Notes under the pieces: model-generated | Told to the model about the DNA's origin: nothing | The model's database searches: none | Seen by the model: only the letters and a program-made list of their open reading frames with translations | DNA from: an uncultured Gammaproteobacteria bacterium | GTDB taxonomy: Bacteria > Patescibacteriota > Microgenomatia > UBA12405 | Length of the DNA stretch: 64,000 nt | Assembly (NCBI GenBank): GCA_964408995.1 | Contig: CAYPBP010000003.1 | Span: forward strand, 14,803 to 78,802 | Direction: 5' to 3' | Made by a program: the position numbers and the translations under genes | Part shown: positions 9,607 to 22,564 of the stretch, one piece after another | Layout of the letters: the number at the start of each line of letters is the position of its first letter | Numbering within the stretch: the first letter of the stretch is position 1

Positions 9607-10450
9607 AATATTAAAAACAATAGATTCTAATTTATTATTAGGATTGTTAGTTTTATTTTTATTATTATTTTTAATTTTATTGAGTTTTGCTCTCCACAGA
9701 GATAAGGATGAAAAGATAGATCATAAATTAGGTATACTGGCCAATGATGGAATGGCTTTGGTGTCGATTTCCAAAGATAGAAAAATGATTAATGTTTTGA
9801 ATTTGGATAAAGAAACTGAAGTTTGGATACCAGGTGGAATGTCTTGGTATAAAAATACTAAAGTAAAAAATATATTAGAACAGGAAAAAAAGATAACTTT
9901 GGCAAAAGATGTTTTTTGGTATAATTTTGGTTTTTTTGTGGATAAAGTTTTGATTTTAGAGTCGGTTGATGACTGGAGAGATAATTTTGTTTTAATTAAA
10001 AATTTGGGTCCTTTTAATTGGATTTGGTATAAATTTAATTACGGAAAGATGTTGTTAAATCCGGCTAAAATAGCTGGAAAATTAGATGAAAAACATTCTA
10101 CTTTAGATGAAATAATGGTGAGAGATTTTTCTGAAAGTAAATTGAATTATGAAGAATTAAGATTATCGGTTTTTAACTGTACTAATCAGAGTGGAATGGC
10201 TGCTTTTATATCAAAAAGATTAGAATGGTCAGGTTTTTCGGTAATATCAGCTGATAATAATGATGAAAAAATTGAAAAATGTTTAGTTATCTATGGTAAT
10301 AAAACTGATCTAAGTTATGGTTTCAGAATGGTTAATAAACTTTTTGATTGTGATAAAAAATATAATGAAAATTTAAATGAAAATGAATTAGAATTATATT
10401 TTGGAGATAGTTTAGCTTCAATGATAAAATACTCTAGTTATTCAAAATAA
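9593..10450 (+). CDS. LytR-CpsA-Psr (LCP) family protein with LytR_C-like C-terminal domain
   Basis: N-terminal TM, LCP-like core (LVSISKDRKMINVLNLDKETEVWIPGG), C-terminal CTNQSGMAAFISKRLEWSGFSV. Confidence 0.45.
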   Translation: MRNYKILKTIDSNLLLGLLVLFLLLFLILLSFALHRDKDEKIDHKLGILANDGMALVSISKDRKMINVLNLDKETEVWIPGGMSWYKNTKVKNILEQEKKITLAKDVFWYNFGFFVDKVLILESVDDWRDNFVLIKNLGPFNWIWYKFNYGKMLLNPAKIAGKLDEKHSTLDEIMVRDFSESKLNYEELRLSVFNCTNQSGMAAFISKRLEWSGFSVISADNNDEKIEKCLVIYGNKTDLSYGFRMVNKLFDCDKKYNENLNENELELYFGDSLASMIKYSSYSK

Positions 10451-10457
10451 AACATTT

Positions 10458-11168
10458 ATGTCAGGTCATTCAAAATGGTCAAATATTAAAAATAGGAAAG
10501 GAGCTCAAGACAAGAAAAGAAGTGAAGCTTTTACTAAGATTTCAAAGAATATTTTAACAGCAATTCGATTGGGTGGAAATGCTAATCCAGAAGCTAACTT
10601 AGGTTTAAAAATAGCGATCGAAAAGGCAAGAGAGAGTAATATGCCAAAGGAAAATATTGATAGGTTAATAGCTCGTTTTGAAGAAAGAAAAGCCAATTTA
10701 GTAGCCTCAACATTGGAAGGATATGGTCCTTTTGGAGTGCCAATTGTAATTGATATAGAAACAGATAATAGAAATAGAATTTTGGGTGAGATAAAATTAA
10801 TTTTTAGAAATTATGGTGGTAGTTTAGGTGAAAGTAATTCAGTGATGTTTCAGTTTAAAAGAGTAGGGGAGGTAGAATTGGAAGACGAAATAACAGAAGA
10901 AAAAGAATTGGATTTAATTGATGCTGGAGCAATTGATTTTGAAGATAAAGTTGTTTTGGTAGAAAGTACTAATTTAACTAATTTTGTTAAAGAATTAGAA
11001 AAAGGGGAGTTAAAAGTGCTTAGATCGGAACTGGTTTTAAGAGCAGATAATCCAATTATGCTTAATTCTGAGGAAGAAGTTGGTAAAATTTTAGATATGG
11101 TTGAAGAATTGGAAGAAAATGATGATGTTGTAAACGTTTTTGCAGGATTCGATTATAAAAAGGTATAA
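10458..11168 (+). CDS. yebC: YebC/PmpR-family transcriptional regulator
   Basis: MSGHSKWSNIKNRKGAQDKKRSEAFTK is the YebC N-terminal signature. Confidence 0.9.
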   Translation: MSGHSKWSNIKNRKGAQDKKRSEAFTKISKNILTAIRLGGNANPEANLGLKIAIEKARESNMPKENIDRLIARFEERKANLVASTLEGYGPFGVPIVIDIETDNRNRILGEIKLIFRNYGGSLGESNSVMFQFKRVGEVELEDEITEEKELDLIDAGAIDFEDKVVLVESTNLTNFVKELEKGELKVLRSELVLRADNPIMLNSEEEVGKILDMVEELEENDDVVNVFAGFDYKKV

Positions 11169-11964
11169 TTTATCAATGTCAAAAAGGTTAAAATATTTTA
11201 TTTCATCTTTATTAGCAACAATTGGTTTTTATTTTTTCTTGTCTTTACCATATGAATCTCATTATTATGGATTATTAGTAGGAATAGTTTTAGTAATTTT
11301 TTGTTTTTGGTTTGGTCTGGGAATTGTTTTTGATAAAAGTATTTATGTTAGGTTAATGTCGATTGTAATGCCAGTAGCTTTTTTTATTGGTTTTGCTTTG
11401 TTTGCAACATTATTGCCACAGAATTTTTTCTTAACTTTTTTGTATAGTTTATTCTTTGGATTTATAAGTTATGCTATGTTTTTGGTAGAAAATGTATTTT
11501 TGGTGGCAATTGGGTTTAGAACGCCACCACTTTATAGGTCTGCTTATACTGTTGGATTAATATTAATTTTATTATCATCATTCTTTTTGTTTAATAGTCT
11601 TTTTTCATTCAAGTTTATTTATTGGTTAAATGGATTATTAATTTTTGTTATATCAAGTGTACTCTTTTTATATATTTATTTTAGTGTAACTATCGAGTTA
11701 CCTGATGATGGAAAAGATAAAAATGTTTGGTATTATGTTTTAGTTCCATCACTTTTGGTATCAGAAATGGCTTTAATTTTAAGTTTTTGGCCATTGGGTA
11801 TTTTTAAATCATCTATTTATTTAGTGATGACGGTTTATGTTTTAAGTGGAATTTTACATGCCGAATTAAGAGATAGGTTGTTTAAAAAGACTTGGTTAGT
11901 TTCAATTTGGGTTGGCGTGGCAACTATATTAGGAATAGTTTCAACTGGAATTTTTATAAATTAA
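11140..11964 (+). CDS. polytopic membrane protein, hypothetical
   Basis: Eight or more hydrophobic helices; no motif recognised. Confidence 0.4.
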   Translation: MQDSIIKRYNLSMSKRLKYFISSLLATIGFYFFLSLPYESHYYGLLVGIVLVIFCFWFGLGIVFDKSIYVRLMSIVMPVAFFIGFALFATLLPQNFFLTFLYSLFFGFISYAMFLVENVFLVAIGFRTPPLYRSAYTVGLILILLSSFFLFNSLFSFKFIYWLNGLLIFVISSVLFLYIYFSVTIELPDDGKDKNVWYYVLVPSLLVSEMALILSFWPLGIFKSSIYLVMTVYVLSGILHAELRDRLFKKTWLVSIWVGVATILGIVSTGIFIN

Positions 11965-11966
11965 TC

Positions 11967-12917
11967 TTATTGGATTGAAGTGATAGCAACAGTGGTGACA
12001 ATATCTTCAACACTGCAACCCCTTGAAAGGTCATTGATTGGTTTTTTAATACCTTGAGTTAATGGTCCATAGGCGTTGGCATTAGCAATTCTTTCGACTA
12101 GTTTATAAGAAATATTACCAGAATTAAGATCAGGGAAAATTAAAATATTAGCTTTACCTTTAATAGAATTTCCAGGGAGTTTTTTATCACAAATATGAGG
12201 GACTAAAGCAGCATCAGCTTGAATATCACCTTCGATCATTAAATTAGGATTTTCTTTACGAATTAAATTAACTGCAAGTCTAACTTTATCAACAGATTCA
12301 CCTTTAGCACTACTATTAGTTGAATAAGAAAGCATGGCAATTTTTGGTATTTTATTAGTTATAAGTTTAAAAGAATTGGCTGTTTCTATGGCAATTTGAG
12401 CTAACTCCTCTGAGTTTGGATCAACATTTAAACCACAATCAGCAAAGAACAATAAACCATTTTCTCCTACATCTTTATTTTTTGTTTCCATAATAAAAAA
12501 ACTGGAAACTAATTTTGAATTTTCTTTGGTTTTAATAATTTGAAGAGCTGGTTTAAGAGTATCCATGGTAGTGTGGGTGGCTCCGGCAACCATACCATCG
12601 GCTAAGCCTGAATAAATCATCATGGTACCAAAATAGATAGGGTCTTTGACTAATTTTTGAGCTTCATTTAAAGTTAATCCTTTTTCTTTTCTAATTTCAA
12701 AAAGAGTATTAGCAAATTGATCAAGAAGAGGGGAAATCTCTGGATTAATATCGCAATCTGGGTTTGGTCCAAGAATTATTAGATTGGCTATTTTTTGATC
12801 ACGAATAATTTTAGCAGCTTTTATAATTCTATCGTCAGTGCCTTCTGGAAGAACTATTTTTTTATAATTAGCTTTTGCTTGATTGTATATTTTTTCAATA
12901 ATTGTGTTGGTGTCCAT
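11967..12917 (-). CDS. pta: phosphate acetyl/butyryltransferase
   Basis: Pta family blocks (MIYSGLADGMVAG, SYSTNSSAKGESVDKV, C-terminal SRGCSVEDIV). Confidence 0.8.
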   Translation of the reverse strand: MDTNTIIEKIYNQAKANYKKIVLPEGTDDRIIKAAKIIRDQKIANLIILGPNPDCDINPEISPLLDQFANTLFEIRKEKGLTLNEAQKLVKDPIYFGTMMIYSGLADGMVAGATHTTMDTLKPALQIIKTKENSKLVSSFFIMETKNKDVGENGLLFFADCGLNVDPNSEELAQIAIETANSFKLITNKIPKIAMLSYSTNSSAKGESVDKVRLAVNLIRKENPNLMIEGDIQADAALVPHICDKKLPGNSIKGKANILIFPDLNSGNISYKLVERIANANAYGPLTQGIKKPINDLSRGCSVEDIVTTVAITSIQ

Positions 12918-12978
12918 AAGTCTATATTTTAAGGTGATTGTTTAAAAAAGGCAATAAAGATATAATCTCAATTAAGAA

Positions 12979-14739
12979 ATGAAGGATAATACCAAAAAAA
13001 CACTAAAATACTTTTGGGAAGTTATGCGCAACTATAAGTTGTCAGGGCTTTTGTTGGTATTGTCTATAATAATAGCCAAAGTAATAGATTCATTTCTGCC
13101 TTTGTATTTTAAGACTTTTTTTAATATTCTAACTGGTGATCAAGATAAAGATTTAATTATTAAAGGATTGTTGTCAATTTTATTGACGGTTGCGATCTTA
13201 AAGCTATTAAGATGGTTTTTTTGGAGAGTATCGGCTTTTTCTTTAAATTATTTTGAATCACGAATAATGGCTGATTTGAGTAAAAAATGTTTTGTCTATT
13301 TACATAGACATTCTTTTGCCTATTTTTCTAATAATTTTACTGGTTCTTTGGTAAAAAAGACAAAGAGTTTTGTTAGTGCTTTTGAGGTTTTAGCGGATCA
13401 ACTTTTTTGGGAATTAATACCTGCTTTTGTAAGCATATCAATTATTACTTTGGTTTTAGCTAGAGTAAATATTTTTTTGGGACTAATAATGTTGATTTGG
13501 ACTATTTTGTTTTTATTGATTAATTGGATTTTTACTAAACATAAACTTAAATATGACCTTCAAAGAAGTGAATCAGAGACAAGAACAAGTAGTTTTTTGG
13601 CGGATACCATAACTAATAATACTAATATTAAATTATTCAATGGTTACAATAATGAAGATTGTGGATATTCTGATTTGGCAGAAGATTTACATCAGTTAAG
13701 AAAATTTACTTGGAACATGAGTGCTAAGTTTTATGGTTTACAATCATTTTTATTATTGATATTAGAAATAGGAATATATTATTTTGCAATTGGTCTTTGG
13801 AAAGAAAATATTTTAACCGTAGGTGATTTTGTTTTGATACAGACTTATATTTTAGTGGTGGTAATGATGGTTTGGGATTTTGGCAGAATCATAATGAAAA
13901 TATATGAGAAGTTGGCTGAAGCTGAAGAAATGACTATTATTTTTAATACTCCACATGAAATTGTAGATGCTAAAGATGCTTTTAAATTAAAAATAACTAA
14001 GGGTGAAGTTTATTTTGATAATATTTCTTTTGCTTATGAGAAGGAAGAAAATGTGATAGATAATTTTAGTCTTAAAATAAAGCCAAAGGAAACGGTGGCA
14101 ATAGTTGGGATATCTGGTGCTGGAAAAACTACTTTAACTAAATTATTATTAAGACTTTTTGATGTTCAAAAAGGGAAAATATTAATTGATGGTCAAGACA
14201 TTTCCAAGGTTACACAGGAAAGTCTTAGAGATAATGTAAGTTTGGTACCTCAAGATCCGGTTTTATTCCATAGAAGTTTGATGGAAAATATTAGATATGG
14301 AAAACCAGAAGCAAGTGATGAAGAGGTGATTGAAGCGGCAAAATTAGCTCATTGTGATGAATTTATTTCGAAATTGGAGAAAGGTTATGCTACTTTTGTT
14401 GGTGAAAGGGGAATTAAACTTTCTGGTGGTGAAAGGCAAAGAGTGGCTATTGCTAGGGCAATTTTGAAAAATCCACCAATATTGATAATGGATGAAGCCA
14501 CTTCAAGTTTAGATTCTGAATCAGAGAAATTTATTCAAGATTCTTTAGATGAATTAATTAAGAATAAAACTGTGATTATAATTGCTCATAGGTTATCGAC
14601 AATTAAAAAAGTGGATAGAATTGTAGTGATAGATAATAAAAAGATAGTAGAGGATGGAACTCATAGTAAGTTAATTAAATTAAAAGAGGGAATTTATAAT
14701 AAGTTGTGGGATATACAGGTTGGGGGATTTATAAAATAG
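12979..14739 (+). CDS. ABC exporter, fused permease/ATPase (MsbA-like)
   Basis: Six-TM N-terminal domain, Walker A GISGAGKTT, signature LSGGERQRVAIARA, Walker B ILIMDEATS. Confidence 0.9.
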   Translation: MKDNTKKTLKYFWEVMRNYKLSGLLLVLSIIIAKVIDSFLPLYFKTFFNILTGDQDKDLIIKGLLSILLTVAILKLLRWFFWRVSAFSLNYFESRIMADLSKKCFVYLHRHSFAYFSNNFTGSLVKKTKSFVSAFEVLADQLFWELIPAFVSISIITLVLARVNIFLGLIMLIWTILFLLINWIFTKHKLKYDLQRSESETRTSSFLADTITNNTNIKLFNGYNNEDCGYSDLAEDLHQLRKFTWNMSAKFYGLQSFLLLILEIGIYYFAIGLWKENILTVGDFVLIQTYILVVVMMVWDFGRIIMKIYEKLAEAEEMTIIFNTPHEIVDAKDAFKLKITKGEVYFDNISFAYEKEENVIDNFSLKIKPKETVAIVGISGAGKTTLTKLLLRLFDVQKGKILIDGQDISKVTQESLRDNVSLVPQDPVLFHRSLMENIRYGKPEASDEEVIEAAKLAHCDEFISKLEKGYATFVGERGIKLSGGERQRVAIARAILKNPPILIMDEATSSLDSESEKFIQDSLDELIKNKTVIIIAHRLSTIKKVDRIVVIDNKKIVEDGTHSKLIKLKEGIYNKLWDIQVGGFIK

Positions 14740-14798
14740 GTCCCAACAGAAGTTTAATGTGTTGGTGGTAGAATAGCGTAGATATTAGTTAATGTAAT

Positions 14799-15254
14799 AT
14801 GATAAATATTGAGAGAATTGGTCCAAGAGAAGGAATAATTAATAAATTACCACTATTACCAAACGAAAGAGGGGAAAATCATTTTAAAAAAGGAAGTAGT
14901 GTGGTTTATTTTCAAAATAATGAAGATGATCAGAGTATTTTTATGGCTGGTAGGGTAGAAAAAGTATGGAGGGATGACCCAGAAGACAAATTGAAGATAA
15001 GGGTTCATCTTTATGATAAAGCTGCTAATGGAACTAATAGCGTTACTCTAAACGTAGAAAGTACTTCTTTATTGCTTTTTGGTGAATTTAAATCTTTTAA
15101 AAAAAATACAAATCTAGCTAAAAAATGGTTAAAAGATTTTAGAGAGTTATTAGATATTAAAGATTCTTTTGTAAAATCTTCACTTGAAGGATATGATAAT
15201 AATTTTATTAATACATTGAAGAATAAAAAATTAGTAACTGGGTTCCAAGTTTAG
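14799..15254 (+). CDS. hypothetical protein
   Basis: ORF only; lies just upstream of the recombinase-associated non-coding region. Confidence 0.3.
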   Translation: MINIERIGPREGIINKLPLLPNERGENHFKKGSSVVYFQNNEDDQSIFMAGRVEKVWRDDPEDKLKIRVHLYDKAANGTNSVTLNVESTSLLLFGEFKSFKKNTNLAKKWLKDFRELLDIKDSFVKSSLEGYDNNFINTLKNKKLVTGFQV

Positions 15255-15469
15255 TCAGAATCTATAAGTATATTGGAAGTATAGGTATAATTTGTTGTGA
15301 ATTTAATTTTTTGAAGGGGAGTTGGGGATTAGGATTTAGGTTGTAGATGGTAGATTGTAGATTAGGATTTAGGTCGTATAGATGGTAGATCATAGATGGT
15401 TAATTTAGGTTTAATTAGCTTTGTTTTTAATAAAAAAAATGGTGACATGTAGGTAGGGCAGAGGGGAGT

Positions 15470-15525
15470 ATCCTATAATATTCAACATCCTATAATATTT
15501 TCACGAAATATCCTATAGTTTTCAC
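15470..15525. repeat. three direct ~17-bp repeats (ATCCTATAATATT..CAC), iteron/arm-site-like
   Basis: atcctataatattcaac / atcctataatattttcac / atcctatagttttcac in tandem; CCTATAGT also occurs at 17058-17068 and 17221-17231, flanking the recombinase gene. Confidence 0.6.
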
Positions 15526-16113
15526 AGAGCAGGTGATACAGTATGATATAGTCTATGTGGAAAACCTGGATTTGGTCGAGTGTATCAGAGTGAACCCTCC
15601 AAGAGGGAGGGATAAGGGTTAATTAAGAGAAATAAATATATGACAAACAATTAATTAATGATAAATAACCCTTAGGGGTGAGAAGTGTTTTATTCCTATC
15701 TCCTGGCAGAAGGAGGTTCAATTTGCTATGTCGCACAATGTATCTTTTGCGACACTGTTTAACAATTTAGGCAGGGGGAGACCTCTTTTGAAATTCAATT
15801 TCCAATTTTTAATTTCCAATTTTTAATCACTTAAGTTTTTGTATATTTCTTTATTTATTTAATTATTAGTAATTCTTCTTTTCCCTCTTTTGTCTTATTA
15901 ATTTTTAATTGGGTTAAAATTTGGGGGCTTGACTCCCCTATATGGTTTTAGGGAGGAGATTTAATTGATTGTGCCTAAAGATAGGCAAAATGAACCTAAA
16001 ACGTCACTAGAGGCCCTAGAATCGATTTTTATAAAATTGCCGATTACTTTTAAGTCTTATTTCAAAAATTATTGGATATGTCGCTTAAAATTGATAACAT
16101 GGTAAGATAATTT

Positions 16114-17049
16114 ATGGAAAATGATTTAAATGTTTTAGTAAGAAGATTTTTAGAGCATTTGGAAATTGAGAAAAATTGTTCAAAATTGACAATAAGAAAT
16201 TACCAACATTATTTAGATGTTTTAATGCATTTTTTAGCAAATGATAATAAAGACAAAAAAATTACTATAGATAATATAACATCAGATGTGGTTAGGCGAT
16301 TTCGGTTATTTTTAGCACGCCAGAAGGGTACTTTGGGAGAAATGAAATTGGTAACCCAAGGATATTATGTGATTGCTCTAAGATCATTTTTAAAATGGTT
16401 AATTAAAAATGATGTAAAAGCTTTACAACCAGAAAAGCTAGATGTGCCTAAGACTCGGGATCATTCTCTTAAATTTTTGGATTCTGATCAAATGGATAGA
16501 CTTTTAGTGCAACCACTTCCCTCTTCAAATAATGGTTTTAGAGACAGAGCTATTTTAGAACTTTTATTTTCAACTGGATTGCGTGTTTCTGAACTAGTTC
16601 GTTTGGATCGTGATCAAATTAATTTAAAAACTAGGGAGTTTGGAGTGATTGGTAAAGGAGGCCGATCGAGAGTGGTATTTATCTCCAAACAAGCAGCTGA
16701 CCATGTCGCAAAATATTTGATGAGTCGAGAGGATAAATATAAACCATTGTTTATAAGATTACTTAGACCTAACGAAATCCCAATTAACGATGAGGCAGTT
16801 AGATTGACACCAAGATCAATTCAAAGATTGGTAAAACACTATGTAAAAACAGCTAACTTACCAGTGGAGGCAACTCCTCATACTTTAAGACATTCAATGG
16901 CAACTGATTTATTAAGATCGGGGGCTGATTTAAGATCTGTTCAAGAACTTTTGGGTCATAAAAACATTGCTACAACTCAAATTTACACTCATATAACTGA
17001 TGCCAGATTAAGAGAAGTTCATGAAAAATTTCACTCTGGAAACAAATAA
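16114..17049 (+). CDS. tyrosine site-specific recombinase, XerC/XerD-like
   Basis: C-terminal catalytic block HTLRHSMATDLLRSGADLRSVQELLGHKNIATTQIYTHI (R..H..R..Y); N-terminal SAM-like domain. Confidence 0.85.
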   Translation: MENDLNVLVRRFLEHLEIEKNCSKLTIRNYQHYLDVLMHFLANDNKDKKITIDNITSDVVRRFRLFLARQKGTLGEMKLVTQGYYVIALRSFLKWLIKNDVKALQPEKLDVPKTRDHSLKFLDSDQMDRLLVQPLPSSNNGFRDRAILELLFSTGLRVSELVRLDRDQINLKTREFGVIGKGGRSRVVFISKQAADHVAKYLMSREDKYKPLFIRLLRPNEIPINDEAVRLTPRSIQRLVKHYVKTANLPVEATPHTLRHSMATDLLRSGADLRSVQELLGHKNIATTQIYTHITDARLREVHEKFHSGNK

Positions 17050-17237
17050 GTACTAATACCCTATAGTGACGCTAAATTACCAATAATTAGTCCCCTTCTA
17101 TTTTTATTTATTTTTTTGTTAAAATGGTGTGTTTTTATCCCTAAATTAGGACAAAAATTAAAATATGTCTCATGTTAGCAATCTTTTGTTGTTACTGCTA
17201 ATTATGCTTATTTAATACACACCCTATAGTATCAGTA

Positions 17238-19901
17238 TTACTCCCCTGCTTTGGTTGCTTTTTTATCTTCTGAATCTATTTCGTTTTTACTGATAATAGT
17301 CATAGCATTTACTTTATCATCAGTTGATTTGAAACGCATTAGAATTACACCTTTAGTGTTGCGACTTAGAGTTGGAATATTTTTTAAAGGAAGTTTAATA
17401 GTGATAGCTTTTTTGGAGACTAAGACAACTTGATCATCATTTTCGGAGACAACTTGGGCGGCAGCAATATTTCCATTTTTAGGACTAAGATTGGCGACTT
17501 TAATACCGATACCACCACGTTTTTGAGATGGGTACAGATAAACATCGGTTCTTTTACCAACACCATTTTCAGTGACAATCATAAGATGCCTAAAAGTGCC
17601 TTTCTGTTTTTTGTCTATGAGGCTTGGAACAACAGCTATACCGACTAAAGTGTCACCTTCTTTTAATAAAATACCACGGACTCCTCGGGTTTGTCGGCCC
17701 ATTGGTCGACAATCTTTTTCGTCAAAACGGATACATTTACCATGGCTGGTTATCAAAAATATTTGATTGTCACCTTCAGTTAATTTAGCCCAAATTAATT
17801 GATCATCAGCATCAAGCTTGATGGCAGCTAAACCACTTTGACGGATATTTTTAAACTTATCAATAGAAGTTTTTTTAACAACACCTTTTTTGGTGGCTAA
17901 TAAAATGAATTTGGCTGGGGTGTTTTTACTAATTGGTAAAATTGTTTGGACAGTTTCTCCTTGAATGATATTAATTAGATTAACTACAGCTTGACCTTTG
18001 GCTTGTCTGGTACCTTCTTGAATATCCCAAACTTTGGTTTTAAAGACTCGACCTTTGTTGGTGAAGAAAAGAAGATCATCGTGGGTTTCTACTGAAAGCA
18101 TACATTCTATTTCGTCTTCATTTTTAGTAGTCATACCAACTACACCAACACCACCACGTTTTTGAGTGTGATAAGTTTCTTTAGTGACTCTTTTTATATA
18201 ACCAGTTTTGGTTAAGGCGACTAAAACGGCTTCGTTTGGAACCAAATCTTCTTCACTAAAATCATCTAGACCTTTGGCATAAATTTTAGTTTTTCGATTA
18301 TCACCATATTTTTCCATGATTTCTTTATTTTCTTGTTTAAGAACAGCAGTCATTACTTCTGGTTTGGTAATAATATCGGTTAAATAGGCAATGGTTTTTT
18401 CAATTTCATTATATTCATCATCAAGTTTTTGACGTTCAAGACCGGAAAGTTTTTTAAGTTGCATTTCAAGAATAGCTTGAGCTTGAAGATCTGTGAATCC
18501 GAATTTTTCCATTAATTTGCCTTTTGGATCTTCGTCTGGTTTGGTATTGCGAATAGTTTTAATAACTTCTTCAATAACATCAAGAGCTTTTTTGAGACCT
18601 TCTAAAATATGAGCTCGCATTAAATCACCTTTAAGATCAAAAATGGTACGTCGACGGACAATGTTTTCTCGATGACGAAGGAAAAGAAGTAATATTTGAC
18701 GTAAGTTTAGAGTTTGAGGAACACCACCAACTAAAGCTAATATATTGGCAGAATAGGAAGATTGGAGAGGAGTGTATTTAAAAATTTTATTTAAAATAGA
18801 TTTTGGTTTGCCAATTTTTTTGATTTCAATTACAACCCTAATACCATGACGATCAGATTCATCACGAAGATCAGAAATACCAATTATTTTTTTGTCACGA
18901 ACTAAATCAGCGATTTTTTTGACTAATTCAGCTTTGTTGACTTGATATGGTAATTCGGTGATAATAATTCTAATTTTTCCAGATTTGGTTTCTTCAATGT
19001 TGGTTTTACCACGAACAATAAATTTACCACGACCAGTGGTGTACATTTCAACAATTCCGGTTTTACCGTATATTTCACCAGCGGTTGGGAAATCTGGTCC
19101 TTGAACAAATTTAACTAAATCTTCAACAGTAGCGCTGGTTTCAAAAATGAAATGTTCTTTGGCTAATTCAAAAGCTGGTCTTAAAACCATTTCTTGAGTA
19201 TTTTTTGGAGCCAAAAGATTATTTAATTCAACTTCAGCTTCAATTTTTTCCAAACGACTATTATCTAAAATAAAATCGATAGCTCCACATAGTTCTTTTA
19301 AATTGTGGGGAGGAATACGAGTGGCCATACCGACAGCAATACCGTCAGCACCATTTAAAAGTAAAGTTGGAATTTTGGTTGGAAGAACAGATGGTTCTTT
19401 TTCGGTAGCATCAAAATTATCAACCATATCAACTGTTTCTTTATTAATATCAGCCACTATTTCAGTGGTTATTTTATCCATTTTGACTTCAGTGTAACGC
19501 ATAGCGGCTGGAGGATCGCCATCAATTGAACCGAAATTTCCTTGACCTTTGATTAGGGTGTAACGCATGGAAAAATCTTGAGCCAAACGGACAAGAGCAC
19601 CATAGACAGACATGTCACCGTGTGGGTGGTATTTACCTAAAACATCACCGACAACTTTAGCTGATTTACAAGTTTTACCACCACTGCCAAGACCCATTTT
19701 GTCCATATCGAAAATTATGCGGCGGTGAACTGGTTTAAGACCATCTCTTACATCAGGTAAGGCTCGAGAAACGATGACAGACATAGCATAGTCAAGATAT
19801 GAGGTTTCCATCTCTTGAACAATGTCAACATCCATGATGTTACCAATGTTAGAATTGTTTCGGTTGTTGTCGTTGACAATAGTATTTTTTTCTTCAGTCA
19901 T
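17238..19901 (-). CDS. gyrA: DNA gyrase subunit A
   Basis: [12 protein letters not shown], active-site Tyr region, C-terminal beta-pinwheel repeats. Confidence 0.95.
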   Translation of the reverse strand: MTEEKNTIVNDNNRNNSNIGNIMDVDIVQEMETSYLDYAMSVIVSRALPDVRDGLKPVHRRIIFDMDKMGLGSGGKTCKSAKVVGDVLGKYHPHGDMSVYGALVRLAQDFSMRYTLIKGQGNFGSIDGDPPAAMRYTEVKMDKITTEIVADINKETVDMVDNFDATEKEPSVLPTKIPTLLLNGADGIAVGMATRIPPHNLKELCGAIDFILDNSRLEKIEAEVELNNLLAPKNTQEMVLRPAFELAKEHFIFETSATVEDLVKFVQGPDFPTAGEIYGKTGIVEMYTTGRGKFIVRGKTNIEETKSGKIRIIITELPYQVNKAELVKKIADLVRDKKIIGISDLRDESDRHGIRVVIEIKKIGKPKSILNKIFKYTPLQSSYSANILALVGGVPQTLNLRQILLLFLRHRENIVRRRTIFDLKGDLMRAHILEGLKKALDVIEEVIKTIRNTKPDEDPKGKLMEKFGFTDLQAQAILEMQLKKLSGLERQKLDDEYNEIEKTIAYLTDIITKPEVMTAVLKQENKEIMEKYGDNRKTKIYAKGLDDFSEEDLVPNEAVLVALTKTGYIKRVTKETYHTQKRGGVGVVGMTTKNEDEIECMLSVETHDDLLFFTNKGRVFKTKVWDIQEGTRQAKGQAVVNLINIIQGETVQTILPISKNTPAKFILLATKKGVVKKTSIDKFKNIRQSGLAAIKLDADDQLIWAKLTEGDNQIFLITSHGKCIRFDEKDCRPMGRQTRGVRGILLKEGDTLVGIAVVPSLIDKKQKGTFRHLMIVTENGVGKRTDVYLYPSQKRGGIGIKVANLSPKNGNIAAAQVVSENDDQVVLVSKKAITIKLPLKNIPTLSRNTKGVILMRFKSTDDKVNAMTIISKNEIDSEDKKATKAGE

Positions 19902-19907
19902 ATTAAA

Positions 19908-21854
<1,947 letters not shown>

Positions 21855-21963
21855 TTAATTCTAACAGAGTAAAATTAGCTTTACAATAAGCAAATTATGC
21901 GTATCTTTAGGATAAATTTTTTAGTAAAAATTTACTAAAATTGCGTGGAAATAATGCCTTATT

Positions 21964-22506
21964 TTAGGCCTTTTTAGACCTTAATTTAGACACAACATCA
22001 AAACTGATGACAGAAGTGGCAACTAAAACGTTTAAAGATATATTTATCCCAAACATAGGTATTTCTACTACTTTATCAACTAAATTTAAAATGTCTTTTG
22101 AGACACCAAAATTTTCACTGCCAGCAATTATGGCAACTTTTGAATTATATTTGGCACTTTGATAGTTGATACTGTCTTTGGTTTGTTCACAAGCAATGAT
22201 TTGATAACCTTCTTTTTTGAGTTTTTCAACACATTCTTTGGTGCTTTGATATTGTTCCCATGAAACCCATTTCCAAGTACCAATAGAAGCACGGTGAATT
22301 TTAATATTTGGTGGAGTGACAACTGAGCCACAAAGACAAATTTTTTCAACAGCTAGGGCATCAGCTAGTCTAAAAAAGGATCCGATATTGTAGGTGTCTA
22401 AAACATTGTCTAAAACTAAAACAATTGGATTGCGTTTAATTTCCTTTTGTAATTTTTCCGACTTCCCTACCTTACTTTTTCGTAATTGGTGTGAGTTTAG
22501 TTTCAT
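21964..22506 (-). CDS. SpoU/TrmH-family RNA 2'-O-methyltransferase (start taken at internal Met MKLNSHQ)
   Basis: LVLDNVLDTYNIGSFFRLADALAVEKICLCG SpoU motif; the upstream part of the track ORF overlaps a terminator hairpin, so the internal start is preferred. Confidence 0.65.
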   Translation of the reverse strand: MKLNSHQLRKSKVGKSEKLQKEIKRNPIVLVLDNVLDTYNIGSFFRLADALAVEKICLCGSVVTPPNIKIHRASIGTWKWVSWEQYQSTKECVEKLKKEGYQIIACEQTKDSINYQSAKYNSKVAIIAGSENFGVSKDILNLVDKVVEIPMFGINISLNVLVATSVISFDVVSKLRSKKA

Positions 22507-22520
22507 AAAAGAAATTATAT

Positions 22521-22547
22521 CAAAAAACCCCGCAAACGCGGGGTTTT
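22521..22547 (-). terminator. intrinsic terminator (CCCCGC-GTTT-GCGGGG stem-loop followed by a T-run) after the DsbA-like gene
   Basis: aaccccgcaaacgcggggtt flanked by A-run upstream and T-run downstream, 18 nt after the stop at 22565. Confidence 0.6.
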
Positions 22548-22564
22548 TGTTAATTACAAAAAAC

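Noticed and set aside
15470-15504. dif site (TCCTATAATAT resembles Firmicute dif half-sites) for the adjacent Xer recombinase
   Set aside because: The copies are direct, not an inverted pair around a 6-bp spacer, so they do not form a dif-type core; they are treated as iteron/arm-type repeats instead.
15540-15960. tmRNA (ssrA) next to the recombinase: ctggatttggtcgag resembles the tmRNA 5' CTGGATTCGAC box, and gggggcttgactcccc is T-arm-like
   Set aside because: No convincing acceptor pairing or tRNA-like 3' end (T-loop CTTGACT, no CCA context) and no resume-codon/tag ORF found; left as an unassigned possible ncRNA region.
17251-17766. Small plus-strand ORFs (17251, 17430, 17572, 19303, 21378) inside gyrA/gyrB
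   Set aside because: They lie antisense within strongly supported gyrase coding sequence; low-complexity translations; spurious.
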